In this document: piece by piece, positions 8,424 through 16,804 of the stretch
Layout of the letters: every line of letters begins with the position of its first letter
How positions within the stretch are numbered: the first letter of the stretch is position 1
Assembly (NCBI GenBank): GCA_964292325.1
Contig: CAXYVG010000001.1
Span: forward strand, 60,214 to 84,213
Direction of reading: 5' to 3'
Length of the DNA stretch: 24,000 bases
Source: an uncultured bacterium
GTDB taxonomy: Bacteria; Bacillota; Negativicutes; DSM-13327
Notes under the pieces: generated by a model
Databases searched by the model: none
What the model saw: only the letters and a program-made list of their open reading frames with translations
What the model was told of the DNA's origin: nothing
Translations under genes and position numbers: made by a program

Positions 8424-9416
8424 CTATAAGGCACTCCATAATACCTTACTTTGTTTACTATCAATGATCTGTTCGATTGTACCAATTCTTGGTTTATCAC
8501 TCAGCACCACATACCGATCAAAATACTTATATTGTATTAATTCCCCCACATAAGGACGTTGTAATACTTCCTGAACATCTCGTCCATGTACAGTGGCAAG
8601 TACACTAACGCCAGCATGCAAGGCTTCTCGCACAGCATAGACATCCTCAGCCCGTCCTAATTCATCTGTAGCAATTACCGCTGGCGACATAGACCGAATG
8701 AGCATCAACATCCCACTTGCTTTCGGACAAGCATCTAGCACATCGGTACGTCTACCTAAATCTACTGTAGGTATGCCATGTTTACAGGCTGCAATTTCGG
8801 ATCGTTCGTCTACAACTCCGACTTGCAAGCCTCTACATTCTTTATTGCCTGTACTAATTTTGCGAATTAAGTCACGTAGTAGTGTCGTCTTACCACAGCA
8901 TGGAGCTGAAATTATCAGGGTACTAACAATGCGATTCCCACTGGCAATCAGATATGGAAAAATAGGATCACTGCAACCTTGTATTTCTCTAGCGATACGA
9001 ATGTTAAGGGAACTAATGTTTTTTAGTGCCTTAATTTCACCCTCATCAACGATTGCCTGTCCAGCGAGCCCCACTCGATGTCCACCATGTATTGTGATAA
9101 AACCCATTTTTAATTCTTGTTCAAATGCATACATTGAGTTTCTACTCATCAGCTGCAATGCTTTATTAATATCTTCTTTGCTACATATATAGGCTCTAGT
9201 TCCCTCTGTCAAAATCTTTCCTGTAGAACTTAGCATAATATCTACATTCCCTAGTACTAGTAATAATGGTTGATTCACTCGCAAACGAATTTCTGTTATA
9301 TAACCTAACTGATCACTAGATACCCCGCTAATGATCGCCACCAAATGCGGCGGCAATGCTGGATATATAAATTTTTCTAACATATTTTGATGTTTATTAT
9401 TTCTGCTATTATTCAT
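8424..9416 (-). CDS. spoIIIAA: Stage III sporulation protein AA (secretion-type ATPase)
   Basis: 330 aa with Walker A SAPCCGKTTLLRDL, Walker B-like VIATDELG, and ITEIRLRVNQPL at the N-terminus. First gene of the cluster. SD AAGGATGGG. Confidence 0.93.
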   Translation of the reverse strand: MNNSRNNKHQNMLEKFIYPALPPHLVAIISGVSSDQLGYITEIRLRVNQPLLLVLGNVDIMLSSTGKILTEGTRAYICSKEDINKALQLMSRNSMYAFEQELKMGFITIHGGHRVGLAGQAIVDEGEIKALKNISSLNIRIAREIQGCSDPIFPYLIASGNRIVSTLIISAPCCGKTTLLRDLIRKISTGNKECRGLQVGVVDERSEIAACKHGIPTVDLGRRTDVLDACPKASGMLMLIRSMSPAVIATDELGRAEDVYAVREALHAGVSVLATVHGRDVQEVLQRPYVGELIQYKYFDRYVVLSDKPRIGTIEQIIDSKQSKVLWSAL

Positions 9417-9439
9417 GTACTACCCATCCTTTCTTTATA

Positions 9440-9467
9440 TAGATATGGAATAAAAACAAATATATGC
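9440..9467 (-). promoter_or_regulatory. Candidate sigma-E-type (mother-cell) promoter of spoIIIA
   Basis: Minus strand reads GCATATA (9461-9467), 13 nt, CATATCTA (9440-9447), against the B. subtilis sigma-E compilation ZHATAXX-14-CATACAHT. It sits between the upstream terminator and the spoIIIAA SD. Confidence 0.4.
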
Positions 9468-9475
9468 CAATAAAC

Positions 9476-9503
9476 AAAAAAAAATCCCGGCTAACCGGGA
9501 TTT
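9476..9503 (-). terminator. Rho-independent terminator after the acidic Zn-ribbon gene
   Basis: Minus-strand AATCCCGG-TTAG-CCGGGATT followed by a long T run (the 9 A's at 9476-9484 on plus, partly overlapping the stem). Confidence 0.85.
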
Positions 9504-9519
9504 CAAAACAACTACTCTA

Positions 9520-9972
9520 TTAGATTCCTGGGTGAATACCATAGCGAAGGGTATTGCCTGAACTAGAATGCATATCTTCGTCATCCATACCTACATTAGA
9601 AATTTCTAACGTACTATCATAGACCGTCTCCCCACAATGAGGACATGAAACTTCTACATCATCATCGTCTTCTAAGATATCCGATTCAAAACTAACCGTT
9701 TCACGGCAAGAAGGACACTGCACCTCTACAAAGTCATCATGATCCACATCTTCGTATACTTCCTCTTCTAAATCCGTTAAATCTTCATCCATACTTTCCA
9801 CATAGGTTTCTAAATCTTCCTGCACCAATTGGATATTATTAAACTCTTGCGCCATATCATCAAGAACGTCAATGATATTGATTAACAATTTTCCTTCTGC
9901 AGAAGCAGAACTCACATTAAGCCCTTGAGTTAAGCCTTGCAGATAAGCAACTCTTTCTTTAATATTTCCCAT
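9520..9972 (-). CDS. Acidic zinc-ribbon protein of unknown function (resembles what I recall NCBI labelling 'CD1247 N-terminal domain-containing protein')
   Basis: 150 aa. N-terminal helix KERVAYLQGLTQGL...GKLLINIIDVLDDMAQE, long D/E runs, and CPSC-x20-CPHC. Its own terminators lie on both sides. The family label is from memory only. Confidence 0.75.
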   Translation of the reverse strand: MGNIKERVAYLQGLTQGLNVSSASAEGKLLINIIDVLDDMAQEFNNIQLVQEDLETYVESMDEDLTDLEEEVYEDVDHDDFVEVQCPSCRETVSFESDILEDDDDVEVSCPHCGETVYDSTLEISNVGMDDEDMHSSSGNTLRYGIHPGI

Positions 9973-10017
9973 AGATACACCAAACCCCCTTACTAACTAT
10001 TTTTACTAGGCTAATCA

Positions 10018-10047
10018 TATTATGTCCAATAAATAAACCGTTCATTC
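10018..10047 (-). promoter_or_regulatory. Candidate sigma-G-like (forespore) promoter for the acidic Zn-ribbon gene
   Basis: Minus strand reads GAATG (10043-10047), 18 nt, CATAATA (10018-10024), fitting the B. subtilis sigma-G compilation GHATR-18-CATXHTA at every specified position. It is 45 nt upstream of ATG 9972. The motifs are short and the DNA is AT-rich, so a chance match is possible. An overlapping weak sigma-A-like TGGACA-17-TAAAAA also exists. Confidence 0.35.
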
Positions 10048-10117
10048 GTCATGTTTTTTAATTGTTACCACTACTTATTCTGGTTAAATTTTTGCGTATC
10101 TATGCGTATAAAACAAT

Positions 10118-10157
10118 AAAAAAAGTGCTGTATTCTTATCATGTAAGAATACAGCAC
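10118..10157 (-). terminator. Rho-independent terminator after efp
   Basis: Perfect 14-bp stem GTGCTGTATTCTTA/TAAGAATACAGCAC (10125-10157) followed on the minus strand by TTTTTTT (10118-10124). Confidence 0.9.
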
Positions 10158-10169
10158 GATGATGCCCTG

Positions 10170-10727
10170 TTATGCTCTTTCCAAATACTCACCAGTACGA
10201 GTATCAACCCGTAGAACATCACCAATATTGATAAATAATGGCACACGCACTACACAGCCAGTTTCCATTTTTGCAGGTTTTGTACCACCTGTTGCAGTAT
10301 CGCCACGGATTCCAGGATCGGTTTCAACAACTTCCAATGAAACAGCAACTGGTAGATCAACACCAATAATATTGCCTTGGAAAAACATAATATTAATTTC
10401 CATATTTTCTTTCAGATATTTTACAGCATCTCCGAGTTGTTCTGCTGTCACTTCACTTTGTTCATATGTTTCATTATCCATGAAATTGTATTGACCATCA
10501 TTTTCATATAAGAATTGCATTGCACGATTGTCAATACGTGCCTTAGGAAATTTTTCATTTGGATTAAAAGTACGTTCTACAACCGCACCACTTTTTACAT
10601 TTTTCATCTTTGTACGTACGAAAGCAGCACCTTTACCAGGTTTTACATGCTGAAAGTCCACTATTTGCCAAACGTTGTTATCAATTTCAATTGTTGCCCC
10701 TGTACGAAAATCTCCACAAGAAATCAT
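10170..10727 (-). CDS. efp: Translation elongation factor P
   Basis: 185 aa with [38 protein letters not shown] (conserved Lys loop) and ...[38 protein letters not shown]. Confidence 0.97.
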   Translation of the reverse strand: MISCGDFRTGATIEIDNNVWQIVDFQHVKPGKGAAFVRTKMKNVKSGAVVERTFNPNEKFPKARIDNRAMQFLYENDGQYNFMDNETYEQSEVTAEQLGDAVKYLKENMEINIMFFQGNIIGVDLPVAVSLEVVETDPGIRGDTATGGTKPAKMETGCVVRVPLFINIGDVLRVDTRTGEYLERA

Positions 10728-10755
10728 TCTATTACCTCCATTATTGTTATTACTA

Positions 10756-11835
10756 TTACTTAATTTCTATCAGTTTTTTGCTACTAGCAGTCAAAATTTG
10801 ACAACCATCAGCACTAACCAATACCGTATCCTCAATACGTACTCCACCCTGATCAGGCAGATAAATCCCTGGTTCTACTGTTACCACCATATTTTCCATG
10901 ATCATTGTCTCTGCAGCTGCCTGTGAAAGTCTGGGTTCTTCATGGATATTAAGCCCCAAACCATGCCCTAAACCATGTCCAAAATATTCACCAAAACCAG
11001 CATCTACAATAATCTTTCTAGATATAGCATCTATCTCTTTACCAGTTTTACCTGGTGCAACAGCCTGTACACCTGCTAATTGAGCTGTTAAAACCACTTC
11101 ATAAATTTCGCGCTGCCACTCAGTAGCTGTTCCTATACAGATCGTCCGAGTAATATCAGAATGATATCCCTGGTACACAGCACCGAAATCCATGGTTACA
11201 AAATCACCAAACTCAATTATCTTTTGCGAAGCCTTACCATGGGGCATTGCACCCCTTTTTCCTGAAGCCATAATGGTATCAAATGCAGGTTTTTCTGCGC
11301 CAAACTTTCCCATGTAATATTCAAGTTCTAAAGCTACTTCCTGTTCGCTCATTCCCGGTTTAATAAATGTTAAAATATGAGAAAAAGCATGATCCGCAAT
11401 TTCCACTGCCTTTTTAATCGCTGTAATTTCTTTTCTATCTTTTACTTTCCGCAACGCATCAAGTTTAACAGGAAATAAATTTAAAGACGGCATATACTCA
11501 CTTAATTTTGTATACATCTCATATGTAACAAAATCATCTTCAAAACCAATCGTAGCACAATCATTTTTTTTAGCAATTTCCGCCAGAACCTCATATGAAT
11601 TCGCATGATAGCGGGAAACTTCAAAAAGCTTAGCTTCCATCGCAGCCTGCTCTACATAACGAAAATCAGTTAACAAATAATTTTGATCTTCTGAAATAAA
11701 CAACATCCCTGCTGAACCACTAAAACCGCTAAAATAACGTCTATTTTCTGGTTTATTGATCACAATACCATGCAAGCTATGCTCACTCATAAATCTACGA
11801 AGTTGTACTAATCTGTTTTTCATAGTAACAATCAT
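10756..11835 (-). CDS. Xaa-Pro aminopeptidase/dipeptidase, M24B family (YqhT/PapA-like)
   Basis: Contains [39 protein letters not shown] and RIEDTV, the M24 metal ligands. It sits upstream of efp as in B. subtilis. The start is ATG 11835 or ATG 11823; neither has a normally spaced SD. Confidence 0.9.
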   Translation of the reverse strand: MIVTMKNRLVQLRRFMSEHSLHGIVINKPENRRYFSGFSGSAGMLFISEDQNYLLTDFRYVEQAAMEAKLFEVSRYHANSYEVLAEIAKKNDCATIGFEDDFVTYEMYTKLSEYMPSLNLFPVKLDALRKVKDRKEITAIKKAVEIADHAFSHILTFIKPGMSEQEVALELEYYMGKFGAEKPAFDTIMASGKRGAMPHGKASQKIIEFGDFVTMDFGAVYQGYHSDITRTICIGTATEWQREIYEVVLTAQLAGVQAVAPGKTGKEIDAISRKIIVDAGFGEYFGHGLGHGLGLNIHEEPRLSQAAAETMIMENMVVTVEPGIYLPDQGGVRIEDTVLVSADGCQILTASSKKLIEIK

Positions 11836-11954
11836 TGCCTATGTTGCGGCAATTACCTCCAATGTGAAAGGTTAACTCGTTATATTTTAACATAAATTTA
11901 TTTTATTGCCTAGAATATTTTTTGCTATTATTGAATATTATTGAATATATATTG

Positions 11955-13613
11955 TTAACGCGCTACTAATTCTTGAATAACTTCACCGAATATTGGTGCT
12001 GCTATATCGCCACCAGACATACCATCCTCAACAAATACTACGACTGCATATTGCGGATTAACAAGCGGTGCATAACCAGCAAACCAGGCATGACTAATCC
12101 CCTGACCCGTCATACTTTTTCGTCCTGTTTCTGCAGATCCTGTCTTTCCGGCCGAACCGCCCTCCTCTACATAAGCACTCTGCCCTGTACCATAGCGCGT
12201 AACAGCCATCATCATGCTTTGCAGCTCTTTTGCTGTTGTTTTTGACAATATCCTCTTACTTTCTCCCCGTTGATATTCTTTTATCACTACACCATCTGCA
12301 TTTGTTAATTTACTAACCAAGTGTGGATCGACTTTAACACCATCATTGGCAATCGTTGCAACGAGCGAAACAACTTGCAGTGGTGTCGCCTCAAATTCGC
12401 CTTGCCCAATCGCCAGGTTCGCAAGTTCGCCAGAATACATTTGGTCTGCTATTGGCAAATTACCAGCCGCCTCACCAGTAAAATCCAAAGAAGTCTTATG
12501 ACCAAACCCAAATTTCTTCGCGTAAGAAACTAATTTGTCCGCACCTAATTGTAAACCAATTTGAATAAATATAGGATTGCTAGAATAAGCTAATGCCTCT
12601 GTAAAGGTAAGTTGTCCACGTCCACCTTTCTGATAATCCCAACCATTAAAACGCAAATGTTCAACCTCAATAAATCCAGAATCAAAGAAGATTTGATCAG
12701 GAGTAACGATATGGCTCTCCAAAGCTGCAGCGGCAGTTACAAGCTTAAATACCGATCCAGGTTGATACGAGAGTATTGCCCGATTGAGTAGTGGTGTTGC
12801 ACTTTGCGCTAAGTAATTCTCAATATGATTGGCATCAAAATTAGGACGCGAAGCCATCGCGAGCACTTCTCCTGTAGCTGGTTGTAATATCACAACAGCC
12901 CCCTTGATTGCATGTCGGTCCATTATACTCTCCACAATACTTTGAATGCCTCGATCGATAGTCAGTACCACATTGCTAGGCCTTGCCCCAGCTGGTAAGC
13001 GTAAACGCTTATATCCGATCCCAGGAATGATTTTCCTTCTAGCATCAACTACAACTGCTGCATATTCTGGCTGATCCCCCCGCAGTACATCATCATATAT
13101 ACTTTCAATACCACTGATACCTTCATTATCTGCATCATTAATATATCCTGTTACATGGGTAGCGATCGATCGATAAGCATATCTACTCTTTTCTGGCACG
13201 ACCATAACCCCTGGCAAATGTAATGAGTTAATTTTTTTCCCAGTCATCGCATCAATCGGAGCTTGCACTTTAAAAGGTCGTTGATGCCCCGTGATTTGCT
13301 CTATAAAATATTGAGATGATAATCCGGTCAGTTCGGCTAGTTGCGTAGATTCACGTTCTATATTTTCAAGTTGCTCTGTAAAAATCAACAGTGTAAAATG
13401 CTGCGTTGTATCGGTTAGAGCAAGCCCTGTACGATCAAGAATTTCGCCTCTCGGCACCTCCATAGCAACTTCTTGCATACGCATACTCAAACTTTCGCTA
13501 GCCAAATTAGTATTTTCTATGATTTGTAAATAAAATAACCGACTCATCAATAAAATGCCTATTACTAAAAAAAAACTCACTACTTGATATATGCGGGAAA
13601 CAGATAACGCCAT
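11955..13613 (-). CDS. Class B penicillin-binding protein (peptidoglycan D,D-transpeptidase, PBP2/SpoVD family, no PASTA domain)
   Basis: 552 aa with an N-terminal TM, and SVFK (SxxK), SSN (SxN) and KTGS (KTG) motifs in the correct order. SD GAGGTG. Confidence 0.92.
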   Translation of the reverse strand: MALSVSRIYQVVSFFLVIGILLMSRLFYLQIIENTNLASESLSMRMQEVAMEVPRGEILDRTGLALTDTTQHFTLLIFTEQLENIERESTQLAELTGLSSQYFIEQITGHQRPFKVQAPIDAMTGKKINSLHLPGVMVVPEKSRYAYRSIATHVTGYINDADNEGISGIESIYDDVLRGDQPEYAAVVVDARRKIIPGIGYKRLRLPAGARPSNVVLTIDRGIQSIVESIMDRHAIKGAVVILQPATGEVLAMASRPNFDANHIENYLAQSATPLLNRAILSYQPGSVFKLVTAAAALESHIVTPDQIFFDSGFIEVEHLRFNGWDYQKGGRGQLTFTEALAYSSNPIFIQIGLQLGADKLVSYAKKFGFGHKTSLDFTGEAAGNLPIADQMYSGELANLAIGQGEFEATPLQVVSLVATIANDGVKVDPHLVSKLTNADGVVIKEYQRGESKRILSKTTAKELQSMMMAVTRYGTGQSAYVEEGGSAGKTGSAETGRKSMTGQGISHAWFAGYAPLVNPQYAVVVFVEDGMSGGDIAAPIFGEVIQELVAR

Positions 13614-13652
13614 ACAATCACCTCAATGATAGTATGGCATTACCTTGATAAA

Positions 13653-13862
13653 TTATTTACTTTCTACATACGCAAACGGAATTGGCAAATGTGCTAAGAT
13701 ATCCTGCACTTCTTTATAGGTATCTGGTGTAACACGAATACGTAGTACACCCTCTCTATCTTTTACCGTAGTCACAACCCCAAGATACTCATAGCCTTCC
13801 ATAATTCGATTGATATAGTTAATATGCTTTACATCAATTGAAATTAAAATTTCCTCATACAT
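13653..13862 (-). CDS. Small conserved-looking hypothetical protein (possibly DUF4911-like; unverified)
   Basis: 69 aa. Its start overlaps the U32 stop by 8 nt (ATGTATGA) and has its own SD, AAGGTGA, 8 nt upstream. No TM segment. Confidence 0.6.
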   Translation of the reverse strand: MYEEILISIDVKHINYINRIMEGYEYLGVVTTVKDREGVLRIRVTPDTYKEVQDILAHLPIPFAYVESK

Positions 13863-15084
13863 ATTCTTTCACCTTTCGGCGAAGCATCGCATATTCACAG
13901 ACAGGCTTACTCATGCGCATCATTACGAGTTGCTGTGGATGCGGCGCTACAGTAATCGGATTTGCTTCTATATCAAACATTTCCGTAATCGTTTGTCCAA
14001 AGCATGGTCCATTTGGCTGCATAATTTCAATTTCTTGACCAATTTTCATATTATTACGTTGCTCGATTATTGCTAGGCCTGTACTTTCATCATAGTTTTT
14101 TACTAGGCCGATAAAATCATGAGTCTGATCATAAGAAGAAGAAGTATAAATCTGGTCATTTTGATCGACCTTATTAAAATAAAAGCCAGTCGTATAGGCA
14201 CGATGAGAAATTTTCTGAAGTTCTTGTAGCCACTCTTCCTTAACTACAAAATTCTCTGGATCGGCTATATACGCATCAATGGCCTCCCGATAAACCTTAA
14301 TAACAGTTGCCACATAGTGTACGCTTTTCATACGCCCTTCAATTTTAAAACTGTCTAAACCACTACTGATTAGTTCTGGAATATGAGGCAATAAACATAA
14401 ATCCTTAGAATTGAAAATATAAGTGCCCCGTTCATCTTCTAGCACTGGATAGTATTCTCCCGGTCTTGTTTCTTCTACTAAATTAAATTTCCATCGGCAG
14501 CTCTGGGCACATTGCCCTCGATTGGCATCACGATCGGTAAAATAATTACTCATCAAACATCGACCGGAATAGGAGATACACATAGCCCCATGAACAAATG
14601 ATTCCAATTCAACAGTAACCTTCTGACGAATCGCAGAGATTTCTGTTAGCGATAGTTCCCGCGCTAATACAACTCGACTAGCACCTAGTTCTTGCCAGCA
14701 AAGTACCGACGACCAATTGGTATTGTTCGATTGTGTACTAATGTGTATTGGTAGCTTTGGTGCTACCTGACGAACAATGCGATATACACCTAAATCAGAA
14801 ACTATCACAGCGTCAGCGTGAATTTCATACAAAAACTTAATATAATCCGGTAATCCAATCAAATCCTCATTATGCGGAAAGATATTCACCGTTACATAAG
14901 CTTTTTTTTGCAAACTATGGGCAAACTCAATACCTTCTTTTAGTCCTGCTTCATCGAAATTATCACTAAAAGCCCGCAGTCCAAATTCTTTGCCACCCAT
15001 ATATACAGCATCGGCACCATAAAGAAGAGCCATCTTTAATTTTTCAAGATTCCCAGCTGGTGCTAACAGTTCAATTTTTTTCAC
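13855..15084 (-). CDS. Peptidase U32 family protein (YrrO/TrhP-like Fe-S hydroxylase candidate)
   Basis: 409 aa with MKKIELLAPAGNLEKLKMALLYGADAVY and the four-Cys motif C169-x6-C176-x15-C192-x3-C196. GTG start in a GTGA overlap with the trmR stop. Synteny with yrrM. Confidence 0.9.
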   Translation of the reverse strand: MKKIELLAPAGNLEKLKMALLYGADAVYMGGKEFGLRAFSDNFDEAGLKEGIEFAHSLQKKAYVTVNIFPHNEDLIGLPDYIKFLYEIHADAVIVSDLGVYRIVRQVAPKLPIHISTQSNNTNWSSVLCWQELGASRVVLARELSLTEISAIRQKVTVELESFVHGAMCISYSGRCLMSNYFTDRDANRGQCAQSCRWKFNLVEETRPGEYYPVLEDERGTYIFNSKDLCLLPHIPELISSGLDSFKIEGRMKSVHYVATVIKVYREAIDAYIADPENFVVKEEWLQELQKISHRAYTTGFYFNKVDQNDQIYTSSSYDQTHDFIGLVKNYDESTGLAIIEQRNNMKIGQEIEIMQPNGPCFGQTITEMFDIEANPITVAPHPQQLVMMRMSKPVCEYAMLRRKVKEYV

Positions 15085-15692
15085 AATTTATTCTCTCCTC
15101 GATAATAAGAAATTGCTACGCCATCCCCTTCATCATGAATGGTAGTAGAAAAACGCTCATCATGGCTGACAAAGTCCAAATACTCCCTTAAACGTTTCAC
15201 GATTGTCCGGTAACGTTTGTGAGGTGGTTCTTGACCTAACACCATGCCACGAAACAATACATTATCAGCAACAATAACTGCATCTTTCGCAAGTTTACCA
15301 ATAATTTTTTGTAAATAATCCAGATATTGCCCTTTCGCTGCATCAATAAATACCATATCAAAATTGCCTTCTAGTTGGAGTAATATCTCACCAGCATCTC
15401 CATCGATAAGCTGAATCTGTTCACTTTTACCTGCTCGAGCAATATATTCATAAGCAGTATCAATCCGATTGGCATCCTGCTCAATCGAAATTATTGTGCC
15501 AGCTTTCGGCATATATTGCGCCATCAATAGTGCCGAATAGCCAATCGCGGTACCAATTTCTAAAACAGACATAGGCTGTTTTTTCTTTACTGTCGCAACT
15601 AATAACTGGCTACTTACTTTGTTAATAATAGGTACATTATGAACCTCAGCATACTCTTCCATTTCTCTAAACAATTCTAATTCATCACTCAT
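15081..15692 (-). CDS. trmR: SAM-dependent O-methyltransferase, YrrM/TrmR-like (tRNA ho5U methyltransferase)
   Basis: Contains VLEIGTAIGYSALLMA (SAM motif I), VFIDAAKGQY, DNVLFRG and GDGVAIS, closely resembling my recollection of B. subtilis YrrM. It sits between mltG and U32 as in B. subtilis. Confidence 0.8.
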   Translation of the reverse strand: MSDELELFREMEEYAEVHNVPIINKVSSQLLVATVKKKQPMSVLEIGTAIGYSALLMAQYMPKAGTIISIEQDANRIDTAYEYIARAGKSEQIQLIDGDAGEILLQLEGNFDMVFIDAAKGQYLDYLQKIIGKLAKDAVIVADNVLFRGMVLGQEPPHKRYRTIVKRLREYLDFVSHDERFSTTIHDEGDGVAISYYRGENKL

Positions 15693-15693
15693 A

Positions 15694-16701
15694 TTAATTA
15701 CTCACCTGCTCTATCGCTACAAGATGTTCTTCATATGTTTTGCTAAAATGATGTGCTCCCTTTTTATCAGCAACAAAATACACAAATTCTGTTCTTTGCG
15801 GATACAAAACAGCATCGATTGCCGCAATACCGGGATTGGCTATCGGTCCAGGTGGCAGTCCCATATGTTGATAGGTATTGTAAGGCGATGATATTTCCGT
15901 ATCCTGTACTGATAACTCAGCTTTTGGATACCCCAAAATATACTGAATGGTAGCACAAGATTGAAGTGGCATACTTTGCTTAAGGCGATTGATAAAAACG
16001 CCAGCAATGATCGGTCGATCTTGGGGGAGCTGAGCCTCTTTTTCAACCAATGAGGCCAAAATAATTACATCTTTAATTGATAAGCCCATATCATTTGCTC
16101 TTGTCCGCATACTTTCCGTAAACTGTGTGTCAAATTGTGTTGTCATCATACGCAGCATCTGTTCTTCAGTAGTACCTTTCGATATCCGATACGTATTGGG
16201 AAACATATATCCCTCTGCCTTATACACCACATTCAAATTGTTATTATTCATATATGGATATGGAACAAAACTTTGTGCAAGTTTTTTTATTTTTTCTTCA
16301 TCTCCCAGTTGTTTTTCTTGCAGTAGTTTCGCAATCTGCTCTACCGTATATCCCTCGGGAATGGTAATTTTTTGATAAGCAGTTTCCCCTTTGGCCAAAG
16401 TATCAATTACTTGTTGTATTGTCATATCTTGACTTAATACATATTCCCCAGCTTGTAAAGAATTTTCGATTCCCTGCACCTTAGCAATCATTTGAAACAA
16501 AAATACACTCTTTACTGCACCTTGTTTATATAATAACTCACCAATATCACGGCTTACCATCCCTGGTTGAACTACAATAACAAACTTGTCTTTTGATACA
16601 GACGTTGCCTGCTTCGTAAGTCCATACAATAGACTTCCCAAACAAAGTAGACAAACGACTAATATAATATATAACTTAAATTTCTGCCAAAATTCACGCA
16701 T
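15694..16701 (-). CDS. mltG: Endolytic murein transglycosylase MltG (YceG family)
   Basis: 335 aa with an N-terminal TM, a LysM-like region, LASLVEKEA (catalytic Glu context), CATIQY and SPYNTYQHMGLPPGPIANPG. Confidence 0.93.
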   Translation of the reverse strand: MREFWQKFKLYIILVVCLLCLGSLLYGLTKQATSVSKDKFVIVVQPGMVSRDIGELLYKQGAVKSVFLFQMIAKVQGIENSLQAGEYVLSQDMTIQQVIDTLAKGETAYQKITIPEGYTVEQIAKLLQEKQLGDEEKIKKLAQSFVPYPYMNNNNLNVVYKAEGYMFPNTYRISKGTTEEQMLRMMTTQFDTQFTESMRTRANDMGLSIKDVIILASLVEKEAQLPQDRPIIAGVFINRLKQSMPLQSCATIQYILGYPKAELSVQDTEISSPYNTYQHMGLPPGPIANPGIAAIDAVLYPQRTEFVYFVADKKGAHHFSKTYEEHLVAIEQVSN

Positions 16702-16804
16702 CTATCATCACCTCACTGCTATTCTTATCTATTCTTGTAAAAGCAATGACTACATTATACACAAAATGAGGAAAAAAGACTAGGCTTGTTCCAATCATGA
16801 TATT

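Noticed and set aside
8698-9192. 164-aa plus-strand ORF inside spoIIIAA
   Set aside because: It is antisense to the Walker-motif ATPase gene and has no start context or recognisable domain.
11927-11946. Perfect tandem duplication of the 10-mer ATTATTGAAT just downstream of the PBP stop
   Set aside because: There are only two copies in AT-rich intergenic DNA, which most simply reflects replication slippage. There is no dyad symmetry and no matching site elsewhere in the window.
15840-16046. 68-aa minus-strand ORF in an alternative frame inside mltG
   Set aside because: It is fully embedded in mltG, has no SD, and has no plausible product.
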